The notes beneath the pieces are model-generated. The model was given only the letters and a program-made list of their open reading frames with translations, made no database searches and was not told where the DNA came from. From an uncultured Burkholderiales bacterium (GTDB lineage Bacteria > Pseudomonadota > Gammaproteobacteria > Burkholderiales > Burkholderiaceae_C), in NCBI GenBank assembly GCA_903838355.1, contig CAILYC010000001.1, forward strand, positions 64,904 to 128,903: a stretch of DNA of 64,000 nt, given 5' to 3'. A program made the position numbers and the translations under genes. Of the stretch, positions 27,870 to 36,961 are shown piece after piece (the first letter of the stretch is position 1; each line of letters opens with the position of its first letter).

Positions 27870-29585
27870 ATGGACAACATCGATCACATGCGAGCGTTGC
27901 TGCACGGCAAAAAGGGCGTTATTGTTGAAGTCATCCCTTCGGGCTTGGGATTTAGAAAACTGCTCTACAACTGGTTGCTCAACCCCAACTATGAAACCAA
28001 TTACCACAAGGAAGTGGACAACTGGATTGGCCTGCTGATTCTGGCCAACTTGTTTGCCATGCTCTTTGAGCATGTCCCCCAAGTGTTTGATCCCAATAAA
28101 GCGCTTTTCCACGCCTTTGATGTGTTCTCGGTGACGATCTTCACCATTGAGTATTTCCTGCGGTTTTATTTGGCCCCAGAAGATGAGGAATTCTCCAAGA
28201 AAAAAATGCCGCGTTTGCGCTATATCTTCAGCCCTTTTGCCCTGATCGATTTCTTTGCGGTGGCGCCGTTTTATTTCCAGTCTTTTTTGGCGATTGATCT
28301 GCGCGTATTGCGATTCTTGCGACTGTTGCGAATGCTAAAACTCTTTCGCGTCTTGTTGCCTGCCATCTCTGAATTCAAGGAACTCAACGCGGGGCGCACC
28401 TTCAGACAAAAACTGCACGCCCTGGTCTATAACTCAGAATATGGCGGGGCGTTGCACTCCCTTTTTGACAACTTTATCGTTGTTTGGGTGGTGATCTCCG
28501 TCATTGCCGTGGTGTTCGAGTCGGTGCAAAGCATTCACTATATTTTGAACACCGAGTTCATTATTTTGGACACGGTGGCGGTGACCATCTTTACACTCGA
28601 GTACTTCTTGCGTCTTTATACCTGCGTGGAAGAGCCCGGGTTTCAGCACTTTTTGATTGGTCGACTCAAACAAGCCAAGACCACAGGGTCCATCATTGAC
28701 TTCTTGGCCGTGTTGCCCTTCTTTTTAGAGGTGTTTTTGCACCACCTCTTTGACTTGCGATTCTTGCGGGTTTTCCGGCTCCTGCGGCTCTTGAAGCTGA
28801 CCCGCTACACGGGCGCCACCGCCACCTTGGCCAAGGTCATTGTGCGCGAGTGGCCCGTGATGGCCGCCGCCGGCTTTGTAATGATGCTCTTGGTGGTGCT
28901 CACCGCCAGTTTGGGCTATCTCTTTGAGCACGAAGCGCAACCCGATAAGTTTGAGAACATTCCCCAAGCGATTTATTGGGCGGTGATCACCTTGGCGTCT
29001 GTGGGTTATGGTGACATTACCCCAGTGACACCAGTCGGCCGATTCTTGACCATCATCTTGGCCTTGATTGGTATTGGTATTTTTGCCATTCCAGCGGCTT
29101 TGCTGTCTTCGGCCTTTAGCGATCAATTGATCATTGAGCGAGAAGAACTCAAAGACAGTTTGCTCAAGATTTTGGCCGAGGGGGACATCTCCAATGAAAA
29201 AGCGGAGATCATCCGCACCGAAGCTGAGCGACTGCATTTGACCGAGCACGAGGTGGACAAACTATTGGACCTCGCCATTGCGGAGCGAGATACCATCGAT
29301 CATGGCGCCAGGCTGCCCTTGAGTCAAATTGCCCAAGACCCTGCGCATGCGGTCGAGCACTTCAAAGTGCTGGTCTCTGAGATTCGACAACTGAGCATTC
29401 TGTCAGACCACTCTCGCTTTGAGAGCTTTGCCAAAGACAACGATCGCTTGACCCAAAGTGAGTTGGCGCTTTGGCAGCAGTTGGGCAGCACAGTGCCCCC
29501 AAGTCAGCCCGTGAAGAGCCCCACAGCGCCTTCCCAGACAACGCCAACAGCACCAGACAGTGGCCCTCCTCTCACAGCCACCTGA
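27870..29585 (+). CDS. Voltage-gated-type K+ channel with two tandem voltage-sensor domains
   Basis: Two S1-S4 units (FTIEYFLR/FTLEYFLR, IDF x2, two RxxRxxRxxRxxK S4s), then S5, YWAVITLASVGYGD and S6. Confidence 0.9.
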   Translation: MDNIDHMRALLHGKKGVIVEVIPSGLGFRKLLYNWLLNPNYETNYHKEVDNWIGLLILANLFAMLFEHVPQVFDPNKALFHAFDVFSVTIFTIEYFLRFYLAPEDEEFSKKKMPRLRYIFSPFALIDFFAVAPFYFQSFLAIDLRVLRFLRLLRMLKLFRVLLPAISEFKELNAGRTFRQKLHALVYNSEYGGALHSLFDNFIVVWVVISVIAVVFESVQSIHYILNTEFIILDTVAVTIFTLEYFLRLYTCVEEPGFQHFLIGRLKQAKTTGSIIDFLAVLPFFLEVFLHHLFDLRFLRVFRLLRLLKLTRYTGATATLAKVIVREWPVMAAAGFVMMLLVVLTASLGYLFEHEAQPDKFENIPQAIYWAVITLASVGYGDITPVTPVGRFLTIILALIGIGIFAIPAALLSSAFSDQLIIEREELKDSLLKILAEGDISNEKAEIIRTEAERLHLTEHEVDKLLDLAIAERDTIDHGARLPLSQIAQDPAHAVEHFKVLVSEIRQLSILSDHSRFESFAKDNDRLTQSELALWQQLGSTVPPSQPVKSPTAPSQTTPTAPDSGPPLTAT

Positions 29586-29595
29586 AGCTTCTGGG

Positions 29596-30444
29596 GTGAA
29601 CGCCTTGTGGCAAGCCTCCTTAGAGCTTCGCTACAGCGTTGAAGAAGGTCGCACCGTGCTCAGACATCGGCACAGCGGCCCTTTGCGCGTGCTCAAAAGC
29701 TTGTACCCCGAGGGCCATCAGATCTGCCACAACGTGCTCGTGCATCCCCCCAGCGGCCTGGTGGGGGGGGACCATTTGAATATCCACGCCCACCTTGAGC
29801 CCCACAGCCACGCCCTGATCACCACACCGGGCGCCACGCGCTTTTATGGCTCCAAGGGACTCGAGGCTCACCAAACGGTCTATGCCCATGTGAGTGACCA
29901 CGCCAAGCTCGAGTGGTTGCCCATGGAAGCCTTGGCTTACAACGGCAGCCATGGTAAGAATCAGGCGGTCTTCCAACTTGATCCGTATGCGAGCCTGATC
30001 GCCTGGGATGTCACCCAATTGGGACTGCCCCAAGCTCACCAACCCTTCACCAGCGGCACCTTTGAGCAGCACCTTGAAATTCGTGGGGTTTGGCTTGACA
30101 AAGCAAGACTCGAGGCCTTGGACCACCGCCTCCTCAACAGTCCGGTCGGCTTGGGAGGACACCGCTGCATCACCTCGCTGATCTTTGCCCAAGGGCAGGC
30201 CTGGACCACCCCAAGCAAAGACGCTGCCTTGGCGGGTCTTAGAGGCCTGGTGGCCCAACGGCACCCACCGGGCTCAAGCCAATTGATGGCGGGCGTCACC
30301 TCACCTCATCCCCAGGTTGTGGTTTTGCGAGTCCTCAGCGACTTGGTCGAGCCGAGCATGCTGCTGCTCAAAGCGGCATGGGAACTTTTGCGCCGCGATT
30401 TTTGGGGACTGGCCAACACCCCCCCCAGAATTTGGGCCTCTTAA
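29596..30444 (+). CDS. ureD: Urease accessory protein UreD
   Basis: WQASLEL, GPLRVLKSLYPEG, HPPSGLVGGD, TTPGATRFY, LEWLP, PRIW. Start 29560 or 29596. Confidence 0.9.
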   Translation: MNALWQASLELRYSVEEGRTVLRHRHSGPLRVLKSLYPEGHQICHNVLVHPPSGLVGGDHLNIHAHLEPHSHALITTPGATRFYGSKGLEAHQTVYAHVSDHAKLEWLPMEALAYNGSHGKNQAVFQLDPYASLIAWDVTQLGLPQAHQPFTSGTFEQHLEIRGVWLDKARLEALDHRLLNSPVGLGGHRCITSLIFAQGQAWTTPSKDAALAGLRGLVAQRHPPGSSQLMAGVTSPHPQVVVLRVLSDLVEPSMLLLKAAWELLRRDFWGLANTPPRIWAS

Positions 30445-31634
30445 GTAGAGTTCGGTGTTGGCGTATCTGTCATTTGATCGCGTTTGAGAAGGGCTTTGAA
30501 CAAATAGGCCCAAGAGACTGCAACCATCAAGGTGCCCAATCCCCCAATGAATGCCGCGGCAACAGGGCCAAACCAAGCGGCCGTGGCCCCGGACTCGAAT
30601 TCGCCCAATTGGTTGCTGGCACCGACAAACACCATATTGACAGCGCTCACGCGCCCGCGCATGTCGGGTGGTGTGTCGATTTGCACAAGGGTGTGGCGAA
30701 TCACCACACTCACCATGTCGGCAGCACCACTGATCATCAGGGCCAAAAAGGAGAGTAAAAACACCTTGGACACGGCAAAGACCATGATGCTCAAACCAAA
30801 AACGCCCACCGAGACGAGCAACTTCGCTCCCACATTCCTTTGAAGAGGCCAACGCGTCAAAAGCAAAGACACCCCAATGGCACCAAAAGCAGGTGCTGCC
30901 CTTAAAACCCCCAAGCCCCAAGGCCCCGTGTGGAAAATATCTTTGGCGTAGATGGGCAGCAACGCCGTGGCCCCTCCGAGCAAAACGGCAAATAAATCCA
31001 AAGAGACCGAACCCAAAATGATTTTTTCCCGCCAAACATAGACCACCCCGGCCAACACCGAGCGCACGGTGGCCACCTCCTCTTCACGGTGAACCGGTTT
31101 GGTTGTCAACCCCATGAACCAAAAACTCGAAAGGGCATAAAGCAGCAAGCACAATCCATAGACCGCATTGGCATGCACTGCATAAAGGACACCGCCCAGG
31201 GCTGGGCCTGCCACAACGCTCGCCTGATAGCCCATGGAACTCAAGGCCATGGCACGGGGCAAGACATGGGTTTCCACAAGAGTGGGAAGCAGCGCTTGTT
31301 GGGCCGGGTTTTGGAACGCCCGCACGACCCCAAGCACCAAGGACACACCCAGCAAGAAGGGGCGACTCACGGCATTTTGCGACATGACCAATAGGATGAC
31401 AAAAACCACCAGGGATTGAACCGCCCAGCAGACCATCACAATTTTTTCACGAGGCAAACGGTCCGCCACATGACCAGCCCACAGCGTCAAAACGAGGGCT
31501 GGACAAAATTGATACAAGCCCACCAACCCCAAATCCCAGGCGCTGCCCGTGAGGTCATACATCTGCCAAGCCAGTGCCACCATGAGCATCTGGGCGGCGG
31601 TGCTGGCGGCAATTTTCGACCACCAAAACCGCAC
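30441..31634 (-). CDS. MFS transporter (DHA3/EntS-like)
   Basis: AWQMYDLTGS, GHVADR, LDLFAVLLGGATALLP, MRGRVSAVN. True start probably lies upstream. Confidence 0.88.
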   Translation of the reverse strand: MRFWWSKIAASTAAQMLMVALAWQMYDLTGSAWDLGLVGLYQFCPALVLTLWAGHVADRLPREKIVMVCWAVQSLVVFVILLVMSQNAVSRPFLLGVSLVLGVVRAFQNPAQQALLPTLVETHVLPRAMALSSMGYQASVVAGPALGGVLYAVHANAVYGLCLLLYALSSFWFMGLTTKPVHREEEVATVRSVLAGVVYVWREKIILGSVSLDLFAVLLGGATALLPIYAKDIFHTGPWGLGVLRAAPAFGAIGVSLLLTRWPLQRNVGAKLLVSVGVFGLSIMVFAVSKVFLLSFLALMISGAADMVSVVIRHTLVQIDTPPDMRGRVSAVNMVFVGASNQLGEFESGATAAWFGPVAAAFIGGLGTLMVAVSWAYLFKALLKRDQMTDTPTPNST

Positions 31635-31827
31635 AAAGCCCCGATGGACAAAAAGCTCTTTGAGCTCGGGCGAGGACTCTCGCCAGCGCTTGGTACGCTC
31701 GGCTATTGAAACATTAAACAGAAAACTTCACCCTTGTTCGTTTGCTGGCACACCCAGATCAATCAACCGCATTGCGTTTGATCACCAACATTTATCTTTA
31801 AGATACCATAAAGTTAAGCCGAAGCGT

Positions 31828-32808
31828 TCAAGACCGAGAAGTCAAAGCGTTCCACAAGCGCTTGAACCCCAAGTACTGCTGTTGCCAAAAACCCTCGCCA
31901 TAAAAGTCTTGAGTCCCCGCCTGTGATCGAACACCGGTGGGGTCATAGCGATTGTCAAAACTGGCGGTGCCAAACAAAACATCCCACCACGGCAGCAAAA
32001 TACCAAAATTGTGCCCACCCAATACGCCTGGTGAAAACTCATGCCCAGCACCCATGCTGTGGTGAAAACGGTGAAAGCGAGGGCTCACCCACAAGCACTC
32101 TAAAGGCCCCCAACTCCAACGAACATTGGCGTGTTGCAAGCTTTGCATGAGTTGGGTCAAGACCACGAGGAGCACAAACTGCGAAGGCGGCACGCCAATG
32201 ATTTGGGCCAAGATCACGCCTGAAAAAGCCACCACCACATCGTCGAGCAAATGATTGCGACTGTCGCTCCAAAAAGTCATCACCCGCTGGGAGTGGTGCA
32301 ATGAATGCAGCGCCCACCAAAAAGACCATTGGTGCTGTGCGCGGTGTATCCAGTAATTGACAAAGTCAAGCACCACCCCATACACCAAAAAAGACAACAC
32401 TGGGGAATTGGCCAAACCTGGTACCCATTGCTCTAAATGGTAGGTGGGCCAACCTGCAAGGCGCAAATACCCCATTATGGTATCGATGGGCGCATTAAAG
32501 AGGACGAAAAACACCAAGCGAAAAAGCCCCAGGCGATGGATCAAGCTGTAGATCACATCCACACGGATGGCGTCTCGGTGCTGCCGCCCTTGAAGAACGC
32601 TGTCACGCTCAGCGGGCCAGAACTTTTGCAATGGCCACATGAATGCGATCATCACGCTCAGTTCAATGAGCCCCCAGAGCAGCCATTCACACGCCTCGTA
32701 ACTGTCTTCAATCCAGCCACTCAGGCCGAACTTGAACATGAGGGGCTGCACGACCCACTCCATGATGAGGTCGGTGCCTTGGGGCAATAAGTTGGACCAC
32801 TCGGTCAC
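31828..32808 (-). CDS. Sterol desaturase / fatty acid hydroxylase family protein
   Basis: His boxes HRAQH, HSLHHS, HAN, HRFHH; NFG..WDVLFGT. Confidence 0.88.
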   Translation of the reverse strand: MTEWSNLLPQGTDLIMEWVVQPLMFKFGLSGWIEDSYEACEWLLWGLIELSVMIAFMWPLQKFWPAERDSVLQGRQHRDAIRVDVIYSLIHRLGLFRLVFFVLFNAPIDTIMGYLRLAGWPTYHLEQWVPGLANSPVLSFLVYGVVLDFVNYWIHRAQHQWSFWWALHSLHHSQRVMTFWSDSRNHLLDDVVVAFSGVILAQIIGVPPSQFVLLVVLTQLMQSLQHANVRWSWGPLECLWVSPRFHRFHHSMGAGHEFSPGVLGGHNFGILLPWWDVLFGTASFDNRYDPTGVRSQAGTQDFYGEGFWQQQYLGFKRLWNALTSRS

Positions 32809-33746
32809 GATCCACTTCCTTGAGACAGGGACTCACTGGGCTTTAGAGCCCCTAGAGTCCTGGTCTGCTGGACAATCCACGCCCGGTAGCGCGGGTGCTG
32901 ATCCAGAGTTCTGAAACAAAAACCTTGCTGCAGCAAACCCACCAGCAAGGGCTCAAGCACCGCTGGCGCCCATGGGTCTTTGCGCGACCAAATCCCCAAA
33001 TGGGCCATCAAGATGTCGCCTGTTTTGATGTGGTCCAGTGCTTTTTTCAGCAATTGGGCATTGGGATAGGATGCGCTGGGCAACTCATCGCCCAGAAATC
33101 CAGCTTCACTCCAGCCCACATGTTCAAAACCACAAGCGCGTGAAACCGCGAGCAGTTTGGGTGAGGTTTTTCCACCTGGGGCTCTAAAGAGCGGCAAAGC
33201 TGGCATTTGCGTCAAGTCTTCAATTCGATGGGCCGCGTCCTGCACCGCTTGACAGTACTGGGCCGCACTGAACTCGGAGACTTGGCCCGTGTGGGGACCC
33301 GCTGAGGGCTTCATTCGAAATCCATTGCTTTTGGGCAAATCGGCGAGCCAATAAACATGGTCCAAGGTGTGCGAGGCAAACTGATGGCCCGCTTGTGCAC
33401 GTGCCCTCCACCATGGCGCCCAGGCAGGATTCAGACTCGAGACCCCAGTTTGCGCTGGCTCATCGGCGACAAAAAAAGTCACCCGCACATGGTGCTCTTC
33501 GAGCACTTGGGCAATCAAGGGCGCCACCCCCATGTGTCCAGTATCAAAGGTGAGATAAAGGGGCTTGTTGCACGGCGCTCCTGCAGGCTTGTCAACGACT
33601 GCGGGTTCACCCGCCAGAGCAAGACCCAAGGCGAGGCTCAAGACGAGAGCAAATGCGGCGACCCAGTGCTTGCTGCACGGGCGACGCAATACCACAGCCT
33701 CGAGGAGAAACTTCAATGGGCCAGGAGTCCTGCAAAAGTCGAGCAT
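32805..33746 (-). CDS. Exported polysaccharide deacetylase (CE4/NodB) family protein
   Basis: YLTFDTG, SHTLDH, FRAPGG, ILMAHLG; hydrophobic N-terminal segment. ORF track start is 33788. Confidence 0.82.
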   Translation of the reverse strand: MLDFCRTPGPLKFLLEAVVLRRPCSKHWVAAFALVLSLALGLALAGEPAVVDKPAGAPCNKPLYLTFDTGHMGVAPLIAQVLEEHHVRVTFFVADEPAQTGVSSLNPAWAPWWRARAQAGHQFASHTLDHVYWLADLPKSNGFRMKPSAGPHTGQVSEFSAAQYCQAVQDAAHRIEDLTQMPALPLFRAPGGKTSPKLLAVSRACGFEHVGWSEAGFLGDELPSASYPNAQLLKKALDHIKTGDILMAHLGIWSRKDPWAPAVLEPLLVGLLQQGFCFRTLDQHPRYRAWIVQQTRTLGALKPSESLSQGSGS

Positions 33747-33757
33747 TTTGCAGCCCT

Positions 33758-34744
33758 TCACTGCCGAAGTGCGTGCTCTAGCGTCCAAACCCCATGAGGA
33801 GACTTGCCGACGTTGATTTGCTTCATCAGTTGGCCTGAAGCCAGGTCAATGATGCTGAGCTTTTTAATCCAACGAGAGGACACGTAAACCGTTTTGTGGT
33901 CCAGTGAAATTTCCATGTCATCGGGCCCGCCCGGTGCGGCAAAGGTTCTCTGCACGGTGAGTGTTGGCAAATCAATCACACTCACGCTGTTGGCGGCCCG
34001 GTTGCTCACCAAGACGTGCTGGCCGTCGCCCAATGCCCTGAACGAATGCGCGCCTTTGCCAGTTGGAATGGATTTGATCAAGCGAGCGGGCGACTGGGTG
34101 ATGTCAAAGACTTGAACCTCTTGTGCTCCGGTCAAGGCCACCAGCAACGATTTGTCGTCAGAGGTTCCAAAAGCATCGGCCGGCGTCGAGCCTGTTTTGA
34201 TGCGCCACTTGAGGGTTTGCGTGACCAAATCGATGGACACCAATTCATCTGAATCTTGCATCGTGGCGTAGACGGTGGCGCTCTTGGAGTCGATCCAAAG
34301 GTGACTGGGTGTTTTACCCGTGGGCACACGCTTGGCCAGGGTCAAGGCTTGCCCATCCCAGTGGTAGATGTCCACATGGTTCAATCGGTTGGCCAGGGTT
34401 ACAAACCACTTCATGTCCGGTGAAAACCGCAACTGATAGGGATCCAAAATCCCTTTGACCACATGTTGAACCTCGGCGGTTTTGGGGTCAATAAAGGTGA
34501 GTGAATCTCCCAGCGCATTGGCCACAATCATGGAGTGCTCATCTGGAGTGAGATAGAGGTGGTGAGGCTCTTTACCTGTGGCAATGGTTTTGATGACATG
34601 CCAATCGCTTGGATCAATCACGCTCACTGTGGAGTCGAGTGAGTTGAGCACAAACACTGGGGTCCCAGCAAAGGCGCCATGACCAATAACACTCCAGCAC
34701 AGCGTGAGCACAGCGCCAAACGCGCGCAAGACAAAACGATCCAT
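33758..34744 (-). CDS. YncE/YVTN beta-propeller exported protein
   Basis: Signal peptide; repeated VSVID..I.TG..PH units. Confidence 0.85.
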   Translation of the reverse strand: MDRFVLRAFGAVLTLCWSVIGHGAFAGTPVFVLNSLDSTVSVIDPSDWHVIKTIATGKEPHHLYLTPDEHSMIVANALGDSLTFIDPKTAEVQHVVKGILDPYQLRFSPDMKWFVTLANRLNHVDIYHWDGQALTLAKRVPTGKTPSHLWIDSKSATVYATMQDSDELVSIDLVTQTLKWRIKTGSTPADAFGTSDDKSLLVALTGAQEVQVFDITQSPARLIKSIPTGKGAHSFRALGDGQHVLVSNRAANSVSVIDLPTLTVQRTFAAPGGPDDMEISLDHKTVYVSSRWIKKLSIIDLASGQLMKQINVGKSPHGVWTLEHALRQ

Positions 34745-34931
34745 TGTGAAGACTTCCAAAGAGAAGATCTCAGTTTAATGGAAGTTTCCACCAAACCGAA
34801 AGTGAGCAAAAAAATTTACCCAATTCATGCGGTCATGGCCTGCGCTTTGAAACGATGGGGATTGATTTTGCGCAAAGAGGCGAGCATTTTGGATTGAAAG
34901 ACCAAGGCACACCCAAGAAAAAGTCTACTAT

Positions 34932-35717
34932 TTAGGCATTGCGTTTGATCAAGTCCAACTCATCCATGCTCAACGCTCGCCACTGACCGGGCTCTAAGCT
35001 AGGGGGCAAACTCAAAGCGCCCATTTTTGATCGGTGCAATCCCACCACCAAATGCCCAACACTGGCGAGCATGCGCTTGACTTGGTGATATTTACCTTGG
35101 GTGAGGGTCATGTGCAAGACGCGCTCGCTCACCTGTTCAATGGCTTGAGCACAAACCGGCACAGGACTGTCGTTGAGCACCACACCGGCCAGCAGTCTCT
35201 CAATGGCCTCTTGTGTGATGGGTTCTTCTGTGGTGATGTCGTAGACCTTGGGCACATGGTGCTTGGGAGAGGCGAGTTGATGGATCAAAGCTCCATCATC
35301 GGTCATGAGCAGCATGCCCGTCGTGTCTTGGTCCAATCGACCCACAGCCTGCACCCCTTGAACGGCCGATTTTTGGGGTCGCTGGCGCAGGGGGGCGGGT
35401 AGCAATGAGTAGACACTGGGCCAGTGTGAGGGTTTTTGCGAACATTCGGTGGAGGCGGGCTTGTTCATCAAAAGATAGGCTTTGGGCCAATAAAACCATT
35501 GCTCACCCTGAACCACAAATGGCCAATCACGTTCAACTTCCACCACTTGCCATGGATCGTCACAGACGCTGGCGCCTTGCAACAAGCCCAAACGGGTGTG
35601 ACCTTGCTCGATCAAGCCTTGGCAGATGCGTCGCGTCCCAAAGCCTTGAGAGTAGAGCAAGTCTTGGAGTTGCAGGCGCACGGGTTTGACGGCACGCTCG
35701 CTGGCTTTGGCACTCAC
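34932..35717 (-). CDS. rsuA: RsuA-family rRNA pseudouridine synthase
   Basis: NKP, VGRLDQDTTG, HVPKVY, GKYHQVKRM. Confidence 0.85.
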   Translation of the reverse strand: MSAKASERAVKPVRLQLQDLLYSQGFGTRRICQGLIEQGHTRLGLLQGASVCDDPWQVVEVERDWPFVVQGEQWFYWPKAYLLMNKPASTECSQKPSHWPSVYSLLPAPLRQRPQKSAVQGVQAVGRLDQDTTGMLLMTDDGALIHQLASPKHHVPKVYDITTEEPITQEAIERLLAGVVLNDSPVPVCAQAIEQVSERVLHMTLTQGKYHQVKRMLASVGHLVVGLHRSKMGALSLPPSLEPGQWRALSMDELDLIKRNA

Positions 35718-35922
35718 TCAGACCACTCCCGGTGCGTTGTCAGCGCATTTTGTGTCTGAGGACTGATCAACAAAAACATGGCCTGAGCCTTTGGAGTAAA
35801 AATGCAGAAATTGGCCCCTAGGGCCAAGTCCCTTGGCAAGCCAAAAGAACATCTAACTTCTGCAATTTTATCTCGGGTTTCAAATAGGTGAGGCGCGCAG
35901 GTCTGATGGATGGCCCAACACC

Positions 35923-36909
35923 TTATTCTTGCAATTTCATGCCTGTTGAGTGCACCAAATCTTGCATGGCTTTGGCATCGTCTTGGATGAAACGCAGTGT
36001 TTGCTCGCGCGTGAGATTGAAAATTTCTGCGTTTTGTTGTGCTGCCGACGCTTGGAAATCGGCACTGGCAAGCACCCCCTGGAAGGCTTTGAAGAGGCGA
36101 TCACACACACTCAATGGCGTGCCGGCGGGGGCGGCCAAACTGTACCAACTGCCCGAGACAAAGTTGGGTAAACCTGCCTCCATGAAGGTGGGCACGTCGG
36201 GGAGTGTAGGACTGCGCTTGGAGCCCGCATAGGCAATGGCTTTGAGTTGCCCCGTTTTGACAAAGGGCTGGACCACAGAGATATTGAGCATGCCAACGGG
36301 CACCGAGCCCGCCACCATGTCGGTGAGAGCAGGGCCTGCACCTCGGTAGGGAATGTGGGTCATCTCAAGAGCGGCACGGTGTTTGAGCATCTCCGCGCCA
36401 ATGTGTGGCGAGCTGCCCATTCCAGCCGAGCCATAGCTCAATGCGCCGGGCTTGGCCTTGACCAAGGCGATGAATTCTTTCAAGGTGTCGACCTTGATGC
36501 TGGGGTGAACCGTCAAAATATTGGGCACATTGCCAATGATGCCAATGAACTCAAAGCCTTTGATTCCGTCGTAGGGCACGTTGGTGGCCATGGGTGTGAC
36601 CACATGGGCGGCCGAGGTGCCCATGAGCAAGGTGTAACCGTCCGGCGCCGACTTGGCCACAAAGGCCGCGCCAATCGAGGCTCCGCCTCCTGCTTTATTT
36701 TCCACCAAAACGGTTTGTTGGAGTTGATCACTCAAACCCTTGGCCATCATTCGCGAGAGCAAATCGGTGGGCCCGCCTGGCGCATAGGGGTTGATGAGCA
36801 AAATGGGTTTACTGGGATACCCCGTCGGCATGTTGGCGTTGGATTGAGCCCAAGTCCCTGCGTGCACCGTCATCAAAGCCGCCACAAAAGCCCAAACCAG
36901 TTTAATCAT
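35923..36909 (-). CDS. Bug/TctC tripartite tricarboxylate transporter substrate-binding protein
   Basis: PYAPGGPTD, VENKAGGG, PDGYTL, YGSAGMGS, HIPYRG. Confidence 0.92.
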   Translation of the reverse strand: MIKLVWAFVAALMTVHAGTWAQSNANMPTGYPSKPILLINPYAPGGPTDLLSRMMAKGLSDQLQQTVLVENKAGGGASIGAAFVAKSAPDGYTLLMGTSAAHVVTPMATNVPYDGIKGFEFIGIIGNVPNILTVHPSIKVDTLKEFIALVKAKPGALSYGSAGMGSSPHIGAEMLKHRAALEMTHIPYRGAGPALTDMVAGSVPVGMLNISVVQPFVKTGQLKAIAYAGSKRSPTLPDVPTFMEAGLPNFVSGSWYSLAAPAGTPLSVCDRLFKAFQGVLASADFQASAAQQNAEIFNLTREQTLRFIQDDAKAMQDLVHSTGMKLQE

Positions 36910-36945
36910 AAAAATCTCCTTTTTTTAGACAAGGTTCACCTTGGC

Positions 36946-36961
36946 TGCAATCCATGGGCCA
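36946..36961 (-). promoter_or_regulatory. Sigma54 -24/-12 promoter of the bug gene
   Basis: Minus strand TGGCCCATGGATTGCA (GG-N10-GC), about 36 bp before the ATG. Confidence 0.55.

Noticed and set aside
27870-28808. Channel duplication as an assembly artefact
   Set aside because: The two sensor repeats are strongly diverged in DNA and protein yet in frame with conserved charges, so the duplication is old.
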